Part shown: positions 34,509-43,941 of the stretch, piece by piece
Numbering within the stretch: the first letter of the stretch is position 1
Layout: each line of letters begins with the position of its first letter
Virus record (IMG/VR): IMGVR_UViG_3300021520_000002
Coordinates: 1-64,000 of that record
Strand: one strand, 5' to 3'
Length of the DNA: 64,000 nt
Position numbers and translations under genes: made by a program
Notes under the pieces: generated by a model
Databases searched by the model: none
The model's input: the letters and a program-made list of their open reading frames with translations, nothing else
What the model was told of the DNA's origin: nothing

Positions 34509-36839
34509 ATGAATGTACCACCTTATGGAAATAATTATAAAAAAATGGGTGCATATTTTTCAAACTTACAGGTAACATCTAGATCTACACCTGATATGAC
34601 AGTAAAAGTTTTACCAGGTGGTTTTTGGAGACATACGGTCAATGGACCAGTTTATGTTGAATGTGTTGGAGGTTATTCAACAACAATCACAGCACCTGTT
34701 AGTTATTCAAAATGGGTAATGATTACTCTTAATGAAAGTGGACAAATTGTTCTTTTAGATGGGGCATCTGCTAGCAATCCAGATTTACCAACTGTTCCAC
34801 GTGGTAGGATGACTTTAGCTGTTATTCGTATAAATTCAACAACAACTGAAATCAATGATGATATGATTTATGATCTTAGACCTTTGTTTGCACAGTATCC
34901 AACAGATTATCGGGATTTAACTGCTCCTGATGAGTCTACTTATAATCCAACTTCAGGATCGTCAGGAAGTTCTGGAACATCAGGTAGATCAGGAACGAGT
35001 GGATATTCTGGATTAAGTGGCACATCTGGTAGTTCTGGTTCTTCTGGAACATCTGGAAGCTCTGGTACAAGTGGGTCGAGTGGAACATCAGGTTCTTCAG
35101 GAACATCAGGTTCTTCTGGAACAAGTGGTTCAAGTGGTTCTTCAGGAAGTTCAGGTACATCTGGAAGTTCAAGTACATCAGGTTCTTCAGGAACATCAGG
35201 TTCTTCTGGAACAAGCGGAAGTTCTGGTTCAAGTGGTTCTGATGGTACTTCAGGAAGTTCAGGAACATCAGGTTCTTCAAGTACATCAGGAAGTTCTGGA
35301 ACAAGTGGAACATCAGGTTCTTCAGGTTCTTCAGGTTCTGATGGAACAAGTGGTTCTTCTGGAACGAGTGGGTCGAGTGGTACATCTGGAAGTTCTGGAA
35401 CAAGTGGAAGTAGTGGAACTTCAGGTTCTGATGGTACTTCAGGTAGTTCTGGAACAAGTGGAAGTAGTGGAACTTCAGGAACAGATGGAACAAGTGGTTC
35501 TAGTGGAACATCAGGTTCTTCAGGAACAAGTGGTATAGATGGTTCTTCAGGAACAAGTGGAAGTTCAAGCACATCTGGAAGTTCTGGAACAAGTGGAACA
35601 GATGGAACAAGTGGTACAGATGGAACAAGCGGTTCTAGTGGAACATCAGGAAGTTCTGGAACAAGTGGTTCATCAGGCACTTCAGGGTCAAGTGGACTTG
35701 CTGGTGGAACTTCTGGATATTTAGCTGTTTGGTCTGGAGATGATTCGATAGAGAATTCGGGAATATTTAGAAGTGTTGAAAAATATTTTATAGGTACTAG
35801 TGGTATTAATACAAAATTAACTATTGGTTTAACTATTAATCAAGATAATAGTGATGATGAAATAATTTCTTTAAAATCATCTGATGTTTCTCATGCAATG
35901 ACTGGTGTTACTGAAACTGATACATATGGATGTTTTGGTAAAAGTGTTCATGATAAAGGAGGTTTATCAGTTCAAGGTTTTACTGAAAGTATTATTGGAC
36001 TTACTCTTTATGGATATGCAGCTACATCTGCAACAAATGCATCTCAAGCACCAATAGTACTTAATGCTTATGAAACTGGTACTAGAGGATGGTTTAATGC
36101 AACAGATAATCTTATTTTATTTATAAATGGTGGTAGTGCAGCTAGTAGAATTATGGGAGATGGTAGTTATTTTATCAATGAAAGCATCAATACAAAACAA
36201 AATATGGGTATTACAATTAATCAATATACTTATGATACTGAATATATTTCTCTTAAACAAAATTTTACTCATGGAATGTCAAATATTACAGAAACTGATA
36301 CATATGGAATTATGAGAGAAGTTTTGATAGACCATGGTGGATTAGATATTAAAGGTTTATCAGATCAAATTAAAGGTGTTCAAATTAATGGATATGCTGG
36401 CACATCTGGCACATCTACTGCAACAACATCCGAATCTACTATTTATGTTAATGCTTATTTAAAAAATAGTACTACTTCAGGTTCTCATGGAACTGATGCT
36501 AATTTATTTGCTGTTGCAAATAATAGTGATGTTCAATTTATAGTTAAAGGAAATGGTGATATATTTTATAATGGTACATCTGGAACACCATTTGATGATT
36601 ATCAAGATGCTTTAGCGTGTCAAGATCTTTCTTATAACTTAAGTAGTGAATATGGTAAAATACTCATGTATAATAAAGAACAATTTGTTCAAATGGGTGT
36701 TATGACTGAAGATGGATTTGTTAGTAGAAAGAATATGGATATGTTACAGCTTGGTGCTGTAGGTGAATTATATCGAGTGTGTTTGACGTTATGTGATGAA
36801 CTTGGTATATCATTTGATGATGCTAAAAAAATGAATTAA
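34509..36839 (+). CDS. MNxPPYG-domain fibre paralog 3 with GST repeats and a duplicated C-terminal beta domain
   Basis: NTK..G.TINQ...D.E.ISLK...H.M...TETDTYG occurs twice. The C-terminal helical segment (FDDYQDAL...LQLGAVGELY) could be an intramolecular chaperone. Confidence 0.7.
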   Translation: MNVPPYGNNYKKMGAYFSNLQVTSRSTPDMTVKVLPGGFWRHTVNGPVYVECVGGYSTTITAPVSYSKWVMITLNESGQIVLLDGASASNPDLPTVPRGRMTLAVIRINSTTTEINDDMIYDLRPLFAQYPTDYRDLTAPDESTYNPTSGSSGSSGTSGRSGTSGYSGLSGTSGSSGSSGTSGSSGTSGSSGTSGSSGTSGSSGTSGSSGSSGSSGTSGSSSTSGSSGTSGSSGTSGSSGSSGSDGTSGSSGTSGSSSTSGSSGTSGTSGSSGSSGSDGTSGSSGTSGSSGTSGSSGTSGSSGTSGSDGTSGSSGTSGSSGTSGTDGTSGSSGTSGSSGTSGIDGSSGTSGSSSTSGSSGTSGTDGTSGTDGTSGSSGTSGSSGTSGSSGTSGSSGLAGGTSGYLAVWSGDDSIENSGIFRSVEKYFIGTSGINTKLTIGLTINQDNSDDEIISLKSSDVSHAMTGVTETDTYGCFGKSVHDKGGLSVQGFTESIIGLTLYGYAATSATNASQAPIVLNAYETGTRGWFNATDNLILFINGGSAASRIMGDGSYFINESINTKQNMGITINQYTYDTEYISLKQNFTHGMSNITETDTYGIMREVLIDHGGLDIKGLSDQIKGVQINGYAGTSGTSTATTSESTIYVNAYLKNSTTSGSHGTDANLFAVANNSDVQFIVKGNGDIFYNGTSGTPFDDYQDALACQDLSYNLSSEYGKILMYNKEQFVQMGVMTEDGFVSRKNMDMLQLGAVGELYRVCLTLCDELGISFDDAKKMN

Positions 36840-36846
36840 AAAGAAG

Positions 36847-36879
36847 ATCGGCAAGATTTAGAAATTAGATCTTGCCGAT
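36847..36879. terminator. Hairpin built from paired TTGCCGAT motifs
   Basis: ATCGGCAAGAT...ATCTTGCCGAT, intergenic. Confidence 0.65.
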
Positions 36880-36900
36880 AATTTAGTTGGAGGTAATTTA

Positions 36901-38553
36901 ATGAAGGTACCACCTTATGGAGATGATAACAAACGAATAGGTGCCTACTTTTCTAATTTACAAGTTAAGGCTCAAATTATACCAGATATGACCGTGTATA
37001 TCTCTTCTGGTGGATTCTGGTACTATACTAGTACTAGTCCAATTTATGTTGAATATGTTGGTGGTAGTTCACCTGAAATTAGTTGCCCTTTTGCTAATTC
37101 AAAATTTGTAGTAATAACAATTAGTGAAATGGGAGAAATTGTACTTATAGATGGGGATTCAAATGCTACACCAGTATTACCATCAATTCCACGTGGTAGA
37201 ATGATATTGGCAGTTGTTGAAATCAATTCGTCAACAATTAAAATAACAGATGATATGATTTTTGATACAAGAACTTTATTTGCTCAATTTCCAACTGATT
37301 ATAGAGATATATCTTCAGCGTTTTATGGTACTAATGGAACTTCTGGTACTTCTGGTTCATCAGGAAGTTCAGGTACTGGTGGAACTTCTGGTTCTTCAGG
37401 TAGAGCTGGATTTAGTGGTAGTAGTGGAACTAGTGGAACTTCTAGTACAAGTGGAAGTTCTGGAACATCTGGAACATCTGGAACATCTGGAACATCTGGA
37501 AGTAGTGGAACATCTGGATCATCTGGAACAAGTGGATTTGGAATAACTGGTACTGGTGGAACTTCAGGAAGTAGTGGAACATCAGGAACATCAGGTATTT
37601 CTTTTTATGGAGTAACATCTGGATCATCTGGAAGTTCTGGAACAAGTGGTAGTTCTAGTACTAGTGGAACTTCAGGAACTAGTGGAACTTCAGGAACTAG
37701 TGGAACTTCAGGAACATCTGGAACTTCAGGAACATCTGGAAGTAGCGGTTCTTCAGGAACATCAGCAACTAGTGTAACATCAGGTTCATCTGGAATAAGT
37801 GGTACAGCTGGTTCATCGGGAAGTTCTGGTTCAAGTGGATCGAGTGGAACAACAGGAAGTTCAGGTTCTAGTGGAACTTCAGCAACTTCTATAACTTCTG
37901 GAAGTAGTGGAACTTCGGGTAGTTCTGGTTCGAGTGGAAGTAGTGGAACATCTGGAAGTTCTGGAACAGGTGGATCTTCAGGTTCATCTGGAAGTTCAGG
38001 AACAGGTGGTTCATCTGGAAGTTCAGGAACAGGTGGTTCATCTGGAAGTTCAGGAACAGGTGGTTCATCTGGAAGTTCAGGAACAGGTGGTTCATCTGGA
38101 AGTTCTGGTTCTGATGGTAGTTCTGGATCAAGTGGTTCTTCTGGAAGTTCTGGATCTGGTGGGACATCTGGTTCATCTGGAACATCAGGTTCTAGTGGAC
38201 CTGCTGGAACAAGTGGATCGAGTGGAACATCTGCAACTTTAGGAACAAGTGGTGTTTTTGGAGCTTGGTCAACAGCTGGAGAATATGGAGCAGGAACTAG
38301 TTATCAAGCATCTGTTGATGGATTTGTACTTGTTCATCTTGCTGGGGGTGCTGGGGTATCATCTATTGGTTATACAGATTCTGCTGATCCACCAACAGTT
38401 ATAAGAGCAAGTGCTGGATGTGATGTTGTAAATGGAGGAGATTATAGTGTACATGTATATTATAATTCTTTTACCATGCCTGTTAAAAAAGGAGATTATT
38501 GGAAAGTTAGTGCTGCAACTCAATTATATTGGCTACCACTAATGAGTATTTAA
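36901..38553 (+). CDS. MNxPPYG-domain fibre paralog 4 with GST repeats
   Basis: Shared N-terminal domain; C-terminal YQASVDGFV...FTMPVKKGDYWKV domain. Confidence 0.7.
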   Translation: MKVPPYGDDNKRIGAYFSNLQVKAQIIPDMTVYISSGGFWYYTSTSPIYVEYVGGSSPEISCPFANSKFVVITISEMGEIVLIDGDSNATPVLPSIPRGRMILAVVEINSSTIKITDDMIFDTRTLFAQFPTDYRDISSAFYGTNGTSGTSGSSGSSGTGGTSGSSGRAGFSGSSGTSGTSSTSGSSGTSGTSGTSGTSGSSGTSGSSGTSGFGITGTGGTSGSSGTSGTSGISFYGVTSGSSGSSGTSGSSSTSGTSGTSGTSGTSGTSGTSGTSGTSGSSGSSGTSATSVTSGSSGISGTAGSSGSSGSSGSSGTTGSSGSSGTSATSITSGSSGTSGSSGSSGSSGTSGSSGTGGSSGSSGSSGTGGSSGSSGTGGSSGSSGTGGSSGSSGTGGSSGSSGSDGSSGSSGSSGSSGSGGTSGSSGTSGSSGPAGTSGSSGTSATLGTSGVFGAWSTAGEYGAGTSYQASVDGFVLVHLAGGAGVSSIGYTDSADPPTVIRASAGCDVVNGGDYSVHVYYNSFTMPVKKGDYWKVSAATQLYWLPLMSI

Positions 38554-38569
38554 TTATTTAGAAAAGAAG

Positions 38570-38603
38570 ATCAGCAAGATTTATATTTCAAGATCTTGCC
38601 GAT
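38570..38603. terminator. Degenerate hairpin of the TTGCCGAT family
   Basis: ATCAGCAAGAT...ATCTTGCCGAT (one mismatch). Confidence 0.55.
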
Positions 38604-38625
38604 AAATTTATAGGAGGTAATTTTA

Positions 38626-39513
38626 ATGAATGTACCACCTTATGGCGATGGTTATAAACGTGTAGGTGCTTATTTTTCAAATTTACAAGTAACAGCCCAA
38701 ACAGTACCAGGTATGACAGTAAAAATATCTGCTGGTGGATTTTGGTACTATTCTAATACAGGAGCTTCATATGTTGAATATGTTGGTGGTAATTCACCAG
38801 CTATGACTGCTCCAGTAGGTAATGCAAAATGGGTTATAATTACAATTGGACAGAGTGGTATAATTTCTATTGTTGATGGTTCACCTGGAGCACATCCAGT
38901 TTTACCAGCTGTTCCTGGAAAAGGGAGAATACCTTTAGCAGCAATTTATATTAATGCTGGAACAACTTCAATTACTAATGATATTATTTTTGATATTCGT
39001 CCATTATTTCCAATGGAAGTAAGAGATCATAGTGACTTAGAAGGTACTGGTGCAACAGGTTTACACCCAATAACATCAATTTCTGGTCTTGTTGATTCTC
39101 TTGCACAGTTAGTTTCAATGACTGCATTAGCTGCATATTTAGCTGATAAAGCAGATAAAACAGGTACAGTTGAAACAAATTTTATTTTAAATAAAGATTA
39201 CACAGGTACACCTGGATCAGATTGTTTATTTGAAATTGAAAGAGGTAGTGAAAGTAATACAGCTTTAAAATGGGATGAATATATAAATAAGTGGAGATTT
39301 ACTGATGATGGATCTGCTTGGATAACTTTTAGTGATTTTTATTTGAATGATGGAACACAAGAATTAAAAATATTAAGTTATACACAAGCAACAGAGCCAG
39401 ATCTTGCCGCTGATTCAAATATGGCTATATGGGTAGATTCTTCAGTTTCAAATCGTGTATATTTGGTTTATCGTAGGGGAACCGCAGATCAGGTTAAAAT
39501 AGAGTTAACATAA
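38626..39513 (+). CDS. MNxPPYG-domain paralog 5 (no GST repeats)
   Basis: Shared N-terminal domain and ERGSESN...W..W module. Confidence 0.7.
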   Translation: MNVPPYGDGYKRVGAYFSNLQVTAQTVPGMTVKISAGGFWYYSNTGASYVEYVGGNSPAMTAPVGNAKWVIITIGQSGIISIVDGSPGAHPVLPAVPGKGRIPLAAIYINAGTTSITNDIIFDIRPLFPMEVRDHSDLEGTGATGLHPITSISGLVDSLAQLVSMTALAAYLADKADKTGTVETNFILNKDYTGTPGSDCLFEIERGSESNTALKWDEYINKWRFTDDGSAWITFSDFYLNDGTQELKILSYTQATEPDLAADSNMAIWVDSSVSNRVYLVYRRGTADQVKIELT

Positions 39514-39525
39514 TAGTATAGATCT

Positions 39526-39568
39526 ATGTGGTTGGTGGGAGTTCTTTTAATGTTCTTACCGACCACAT
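39526..39568 (+). terminator. Hairpin with G:U pairs ending the fibre block
   Basis: ATGTGGTTGGTGGGA pairs with TCTTACCGACCACAT using three G:U pairs on the + strand. Confidence 0.55.
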
Positions 39569-39640
39569 GCTAATTTTGTGAACCCTTTACATTTTTTATG
39601 TCATGCTTAGACAGCTAACTATAATAATAGAGAGGTAATT

Positions 39641-39982
39641 ATGGCAAATCAATTCAAGATTCAAGAAGCTGTGACTTTCGCGCAGCAGACACCACCGGAA
39701 ACATTTAGACTTATGGATATTACCATTCAGGTCGTTCCTGTAGCTTATGAACATGGAATGATTATAGCTGAGAGTGAAGTTGTTGATCTTAAAGTCTCTG
39801 AAGAAGTTAATATTTTTATTTTAAATTGTGCTAGCGGCGTGAGCTTAAAAGTAGGTAGCACAACAAACCCAGCAATGACCAATGTTACACATTATTCTTA
39901 TCAAGGTGCGAAAACATCTTTCTGGGTCTCTAATAGTGGAACAGAAGATATTACTATTAGTTTCGCAACCGCAAGTATCTAA
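39641..39982 (+). CDS. Hypothetical protein
   Basis: GAGG RBS; 113 aa, beta-rich. Confidence 0.55.
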   Translation: MANQFKIQEAVTFAQQTPPETFRLMDITIQVVPVAYEHGMIIAESEVVDLKVSEEVNIFILNCASGVSLKVGSTTNPAMTNVTHYSYQGAKTSFWVSNSGTEDITISFATASI

Positions 39983-39996
39983 AAAGAGGTGTAGAA

Positions 39997-40149
39997 ATGG
40001 CAGATGAAATGGTTGAAATACAGAAAAAAATTAGTGAAGCGTTACAGAAACAAAATGAAATTATAAAAAAGAATCAACGTGAAATGCTTGAGAAAATGAA
40101 AAAGATGGGTGAAATTAAAATAGAGAAACCAGCTAAACCAACATTATAA
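39997..40149 (+). CDS. Small coiled-coil peptide (50 aa), absent from the ORF track
   Basis: GAGGTG RBS; MADEMVEIQKKISEALQKQNEIIKK... Confidence 0.5.
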   Translation: MADEMVEIQKKISEALQKQNEIIKKNQREMLEKMKKMGEIKIEKPAKPTL

Positions 40150-40159
40150 CGGAGTATAT

Positions 40160-40363
40160 ATGATTTCAATTTCTAGTTTATTTGAAGCTCCAAATGTGCC
40201 TTCTGAACAAGCAAATGGATTAACTGTGCCGTTTGGAAATTATAATCCAGCAAAAAGAAATAATGAAGTTTTAGGTAATCTTCAAGGTTTAAACAAGTTA
40301 CCACTCGAAGATCAGGTTAAGAAGTTACGTGATAGTGGAGTTGATATTGGTACTTTTATATAA
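40160..40363 (+). CDS. MIS-leader family small protein
   Basis: Starts MISISSLFE. Confidence 0.6.
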   Translation: MISISSLFEAPNVPSEQANGLTVPFGNYNPAKRNNEVLGNLQGLNKLPLEDQVKKLRDSGVDIGTFI

Positions 40364-40374
40364 TAGGAGTATTT

Positions 40375-40560
40375 ATGATTTCAGTAAGTATATTATTTGA
40401 AGATGACAGTTCAATACAAAAAAATTTTATTCCAAAATTAGATCAAAAAGAAAATCAACAAACTATTCTTGGACTTATTAAAAAACCAATCAAAAAAATA
40501 CAAAATATTTTTATAGGAAATCCAGATTTTTCAGGAACAATTGCTGGATCACGTGGATAA
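40375..40560 (+). CDS. MIS-leader family small protein
   Basis: Starts MISVSILFE. Confidence 0.6.
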   Translation: MISVSILFEDDSSIQKNFIPKLDQKENQQTILGLIKKPIKKIQNIFIGNPDFSGTIAGSRG

Positions 40561-40569
40561 GGAGTACTT

Positions 40570-40743
40570 ATGATTTCTGTAAGTAGATTATTTGAAGATG
40601 GTAATTTAGTACAAAATACAAATCAAGAGAATAAAAATATTATTCAAGAAATTGTTAAAAAAGCAATTAAAAAAATATCTGTAGCTGTTGAAGGTAAAGT
40701 GGATGTTAGTGGACCTACAGCTGTTACTGGTATACGTGGATAA
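40570..40743 (+). CDS. MIS-leader family 57-aa protein, absent from the ORF track
   Basis: AAGGAG RBS; MISVSRLFEDGN...SGPTAVTGIRG; paralog of the previous ORF. Confidence 0.6.
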   Translation: MISVSRLFEDGNLVQNTNQENKNIIQEIVKKAIKKISVAVEGKVDVSGPTAVTGIRG

Positions 40744-40755
40744 GAGAGGAAGATT

Positions 40756-40929
40756 ATGATATCAATTATATTTGAATTTGATTTAGAAAAAACTAGACAA
40801 GGATTTTTTAATAAACAAGTTAAAGAATTAGAAAATAAAAAAGAAATTCCTGGTACGATAGCTGAGAAATTACATCAAAAAAATATTGACAATATGAAAA
40901 TCGAAGCTAGTGGAAAGTATCCGAAATAA
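40756..40929 (+). CDS. MIS-leader family 57-aa protein, absent from the ORF track
   Basis: GAGGA RBS; starts MISIIFEFD. Confidence 0.6.
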   Translation: MISIIFEFDLEKTRQGFFNKQVKELENKKEIPGTIAEKLHQKNIDNMKIEASGKYPK

Positions 40930-40945
40930 AATTGAGGGTTAACAG

Positions 40946-42574
40946 ATGTTAATTCATAACTTCTATGCAGATTTATTATTATCAACTAGAGTTTTATTTG
41001 ATAACTTTATTTTTCAAAATGAAAGATATATTAGAAGGTATGAATTTAATATCGGTAATAGATCTTTCCAAATGCCTAAAGATTTTACAACACAGTTTGA
41101 ATTTCCAAATATTATAGCTGTTATTAATGATGAAACACCAGCATGGGGACAAAGACCAGATGTGTCTCAATCTATTTCTGGTTATAATGTTGATCAAGTC
41201 CCAGTTTTATATGATTTAACAAATGAAAATGTTTTATATCTTCAAGAGGAAATGGTAACAGTTCCAATATCAATAATTATAAATTGTGAATCTCCATTAC
41301 AAGCAAAAGAAATTGCAAATGTTATAAGGAGATGGTTACCTTATAATAAATATATTCAATTTTTAGAATATACTTCATTTTTAGAAATGTCAAAACCATT
41401 TTTATCTAATAGTGGATTTGATATTAATAATGATAATATTGTGAATCTTTATACAAAATTAAATCATCGTGATGGTCAAATTTATAATTGTTTTGCAGTA
41501 CAATATAAACCATTTATTAGATTAGATGGTATTGGAACAACTATTCCAGATTCAACTCAAAGATCTTTTCAAGTGAGTGTTGATTTAACATATATGGTTC
41601 AATTTCCTTTACATCTTTTTAGTAGTTTAGTATCAGGATATATTGAAAGAATTGATATATCATTTAGTATGAATAGTTTTGAACCTATAGCTGATTATCC
41701 ATCAGCAAAAATGGTAAATCAATCTCTTGATAATGTTGATGAATTAAAAAAAGGGTATGTAAGAAGACAGTATTTAGTTTATGATAATAATTCAACAGAA
41801 AATCTTATTATGCTTGATGGTTTATTAATGCAACCAACAACAATAACAGCTAAATCAGATAGATTACAAGCAACAAGAACAGCTACAAATTTTATTTATA
41901 TAACTGTTGATAATGATGAAACTCGCCGATATAAAGCGAACATTTCAAATATACCAATTGATGGAATAACAATTCCAATAGATGTAGATTATTATTTGAT
42001 ACTTACAAGTGATGACTCTGGAAATATAAGTATTGGATACAGACAGAAAGGAAAAGATTTAGTAATACAATTTAATAAAGAAGATTTTATAATAAATCCA
42101 AGATACTCTTATAATCTAATTTGTGGAATTACAATTATAAAGAATTTTATAGATTATCAAATTGATGAAGATTTGAATTGTATCACATTTTCGATTATTG
42201 AAAGTATGTGGTTAAGTCTTACACCTTCATTAACAAGACCACTTATTATTCAATTTTATGATGATGAGTATAAATATCCACATAGTTATGGTGGAATAGC
42301 TCCAGAATTAGATAATATAAAAATAGCAGAGAAGAATTCAACATCAGTAATTATTACATGGACTTCTGGAATAGAAACAACAACATGTGTTGAATATGGT
42401 CCAACAGCTGAATATGGATTTTTTACTGAACTTAATAATAATTTTGTTCAAACTCATAAAGCTGTAATTTATTCTCTGCAACCTTTTACATTTTATCATT
42501 ATCGAGTTAATACACTTGATGTTGATGGAAATGAGATTATATCTGAAGATTTTACGTTTACAACTAGTCCTTAG
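40946..42574 (+). CDS. Putative virion protein with C-terminal fibronectin-III-like domain
   Basis: TSVIITWTS...VEYGPT..YG...H...L.P.T.YHYRV...G...SEDFTFTT. Confidence 0.6.
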   Translation: MLIHNFYADLLLSTRVLFDNFIFQNERYIRRYEFNIGNRSFQMPKDFTTQFEFPNIIAVINDETPAWGQRPDVSQSISGYNVDQVPVLYDLTNENVLYLQEEMVTVPISIIINCESPLQAKEIANVIRRWLPYNKYIQFLEYTSFLEMSKPFLSNSGFDINNDNIVNLYTKLNHRDGQIYNCFAVQYKPFIRLDGIGTTIPDSTQRSFQVSVDLTYMVQFPLHLFSSLVSGYIERIDISFSMNSFEPIADYPSAKMVNQSLDNVDELKKGYVRRQYLVYDNNSTENLIMLDGLLMQPTTITAKSDRLQATRTATNFIYITVDNDETRRYKANISNIPIDGITIPIDVDYYLILTSDDSGNISIGYRQKGKDLVIQFNKEDFIINPRYSYNLICGITIIKNFIDYQIDEDLNCITFSIIESMWLSLTPSLTRPLIIQFYDDEYKYPHSYGGIAPELDNIKIAEKNSTSVIITWTSGIETTTCVEYGPTAEYGFFTELNNNFVQTHKAVIYSLQPFTFYHYRVNTLDVDGNEIISEDFTFTTSP

Positions 42575-42586
42575 GGAGGAAAATTT

Positions 42587-42880
42587 ATGATTTCAATAGT
42601 AATGTTTATGGAAGCAATGTCTGATACTTTAGCAAATGCTGGAGAAGAAATGTTAAGTGGATTTAAAAAGACAGCTCAAGGTGCTGCTAGAGCTACTGGA
42701 GTTGGAGTTGATTCTGCTGGACATGGAATGAGTAAAGTTGCTGGTTGGGTTCAAAGTGGTGGAAAAGAATTGCAGAAAGATCCATTAGGAACTCCAGGAA
42801 TGATTCTTGGTGGTGTTGCTGGTCTTAGTGCTGCAGCTCTTTTAGCAAGAAGAAATAAACAGAAACAATATAGTGAATAA
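42587..42880 (+). CDS. MIS-leader protein with Gly/Ala hydrophobic tail
   Basis: MISIVMFME; ILGGVAGLSAAALLARRNKQ. Confidence 0.6.
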   Translation: MISIVMFMEAMSDTLANAGEEMLSGFKKTAQGAARATGVGVDSAGHGMSKVAGWVQSGGKELQKDPLGTPGMILGGVAGLSAAALLARRNKQKQYSE

Positions 42881-42893
42881 TAGAGAGGTCAAT

Positions 42894-43322
42894 ATGATTT
42901 CTGTGATTAGTGAAGGTTGGTGGGCTGAAAAACAAAAAGAAAAAGCATTAAATCAAGAACAGTTTTCTCGTGATAATCTCAATAGTAAAATAAGAGAACG
43001 AGAAAAAGAAGAACAGTTTAAAATTTCAACTAAGAAAAAATTAGATGATAATTTAACAGATATGAGAGCTAAACTTAAAGCTGGAAAAATTGATCAGAAA
43101 GAATATAATGAATATGAAAAAGGTCATTTAAATACTAGATCTAAAGTTCTTGGAAATAAAGATCTTCCAGATGAACCTACTGTTAAACCATCTAGTGGAA
43201 AAATTATGGATTTAGTATCAGAACATCCATTAGCAGCAGCTGCAATTGGAGCTGTTGGTGTTGGTCTTGGTGCTCATGCTCTTCTTGGTGGTAGAAATAA
43301 ACAACAATCACCTAGTTATTAA
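42894..43322 (+). CDS. MIS-leader protein with Gly/Ala hydrophobic tail
   Basis: ATG at 42894 after GAGAGG; MISVISE; AAAAIGAVGVGLGAHALLGGRNKQ. Confidence 0.6.
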   Translation: MISVISEGWWAEKQKEKALNQEQFSRDNLNSKIREREKEEQFKISTKKKLDDNLTDMRAKLKAGKIDQKEYNEYEKGHLNTRSKVLGNKDLPDEPTVKPSSGKIMDLVSEHPLAAAAIGAVGVGLGAHALLGGRNKQQSPSY

Positions 43323-43347
43323 AAATAATATTTTTGGAGGTTTTTTT

Positions 43348-43911
43348 ATGAGTTTAGATATTAATAGAGTTATTATGGAGGCAACAAGTAGTCTTTTAGA
43401 GACTCAGAATACTGTTGATGATAAAGGGGATAAACCACAAGTTTCTGCTGATAAGAACAGTCTTCATGTTCCTGCTGATAAACCATCATCTACATCAACT
43501 ACTGCTCCTGTGAAACCAGTAACTGAAACAGAAGCTGAAACAGAAGCTGTGAAACCAGTGACTGAAACAGAAACAGCTCCTGTAAAAACAGAAACAGTTT
43601 CTGTAAAACCAGTAACTGAAAGTGCAGTTACAGATGTTATTAAAAAGATAAAGGATAAAATTACAACAGCTAAAGCAGAAGGTAGCAAAGAAGGTTATCA
43701 AGCTGGTCCTCAGAGTGCTGAACCTGCTCTTTCTAAAGTAGAGGGAGATGCTTATACACCGAGTGGAGCAGATGTTGAAACTGATTACATGTCTGCAATG
43801 AAAAAACTTAAGAATTATGGTTTACCAACTGCAGCAATCGCAGCTGGTCTTGGTGCAGTAGCTTTAGCAAAGAAACTTAGAAAAGCAAAGAAAGCAGCTA
43901 AAAAAGCGTAA
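43348..43911 (+). CDS. Low-complexity protein with VKPVTE repeats and AIAAGLGAVALAKKLRKAKK tail
   Basis: ATG at 43348 after GGAGG. Confidence 0.6.
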   Translation: MSLDINRVIMEATSSLLETQNTVDDKGDKPQVSADKNSLHVPADKPSSTSTTAPVKPVTETEAETEAVKPVTETETAPVKTETVSVKPVTESAVTDVIKKIKDKITTAKAEGSKEGYQAGPQSAEPALSKVEGDAYTPSGADVETDYMSAMKKLKNYGLPTAAIAAGLGAVALAKKLRKAKKAAKKA

Positions 43912-43941
43912 ATAAAAACAAAATTATGGAGGTAATATAAT

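Noticed and set aside
29142-38185. Minus-strand PEVPLDP- and MFQNFQ-rich ORFs
   Set aside because: Antisense shadows of GST repeats, with no RBS or independent features.
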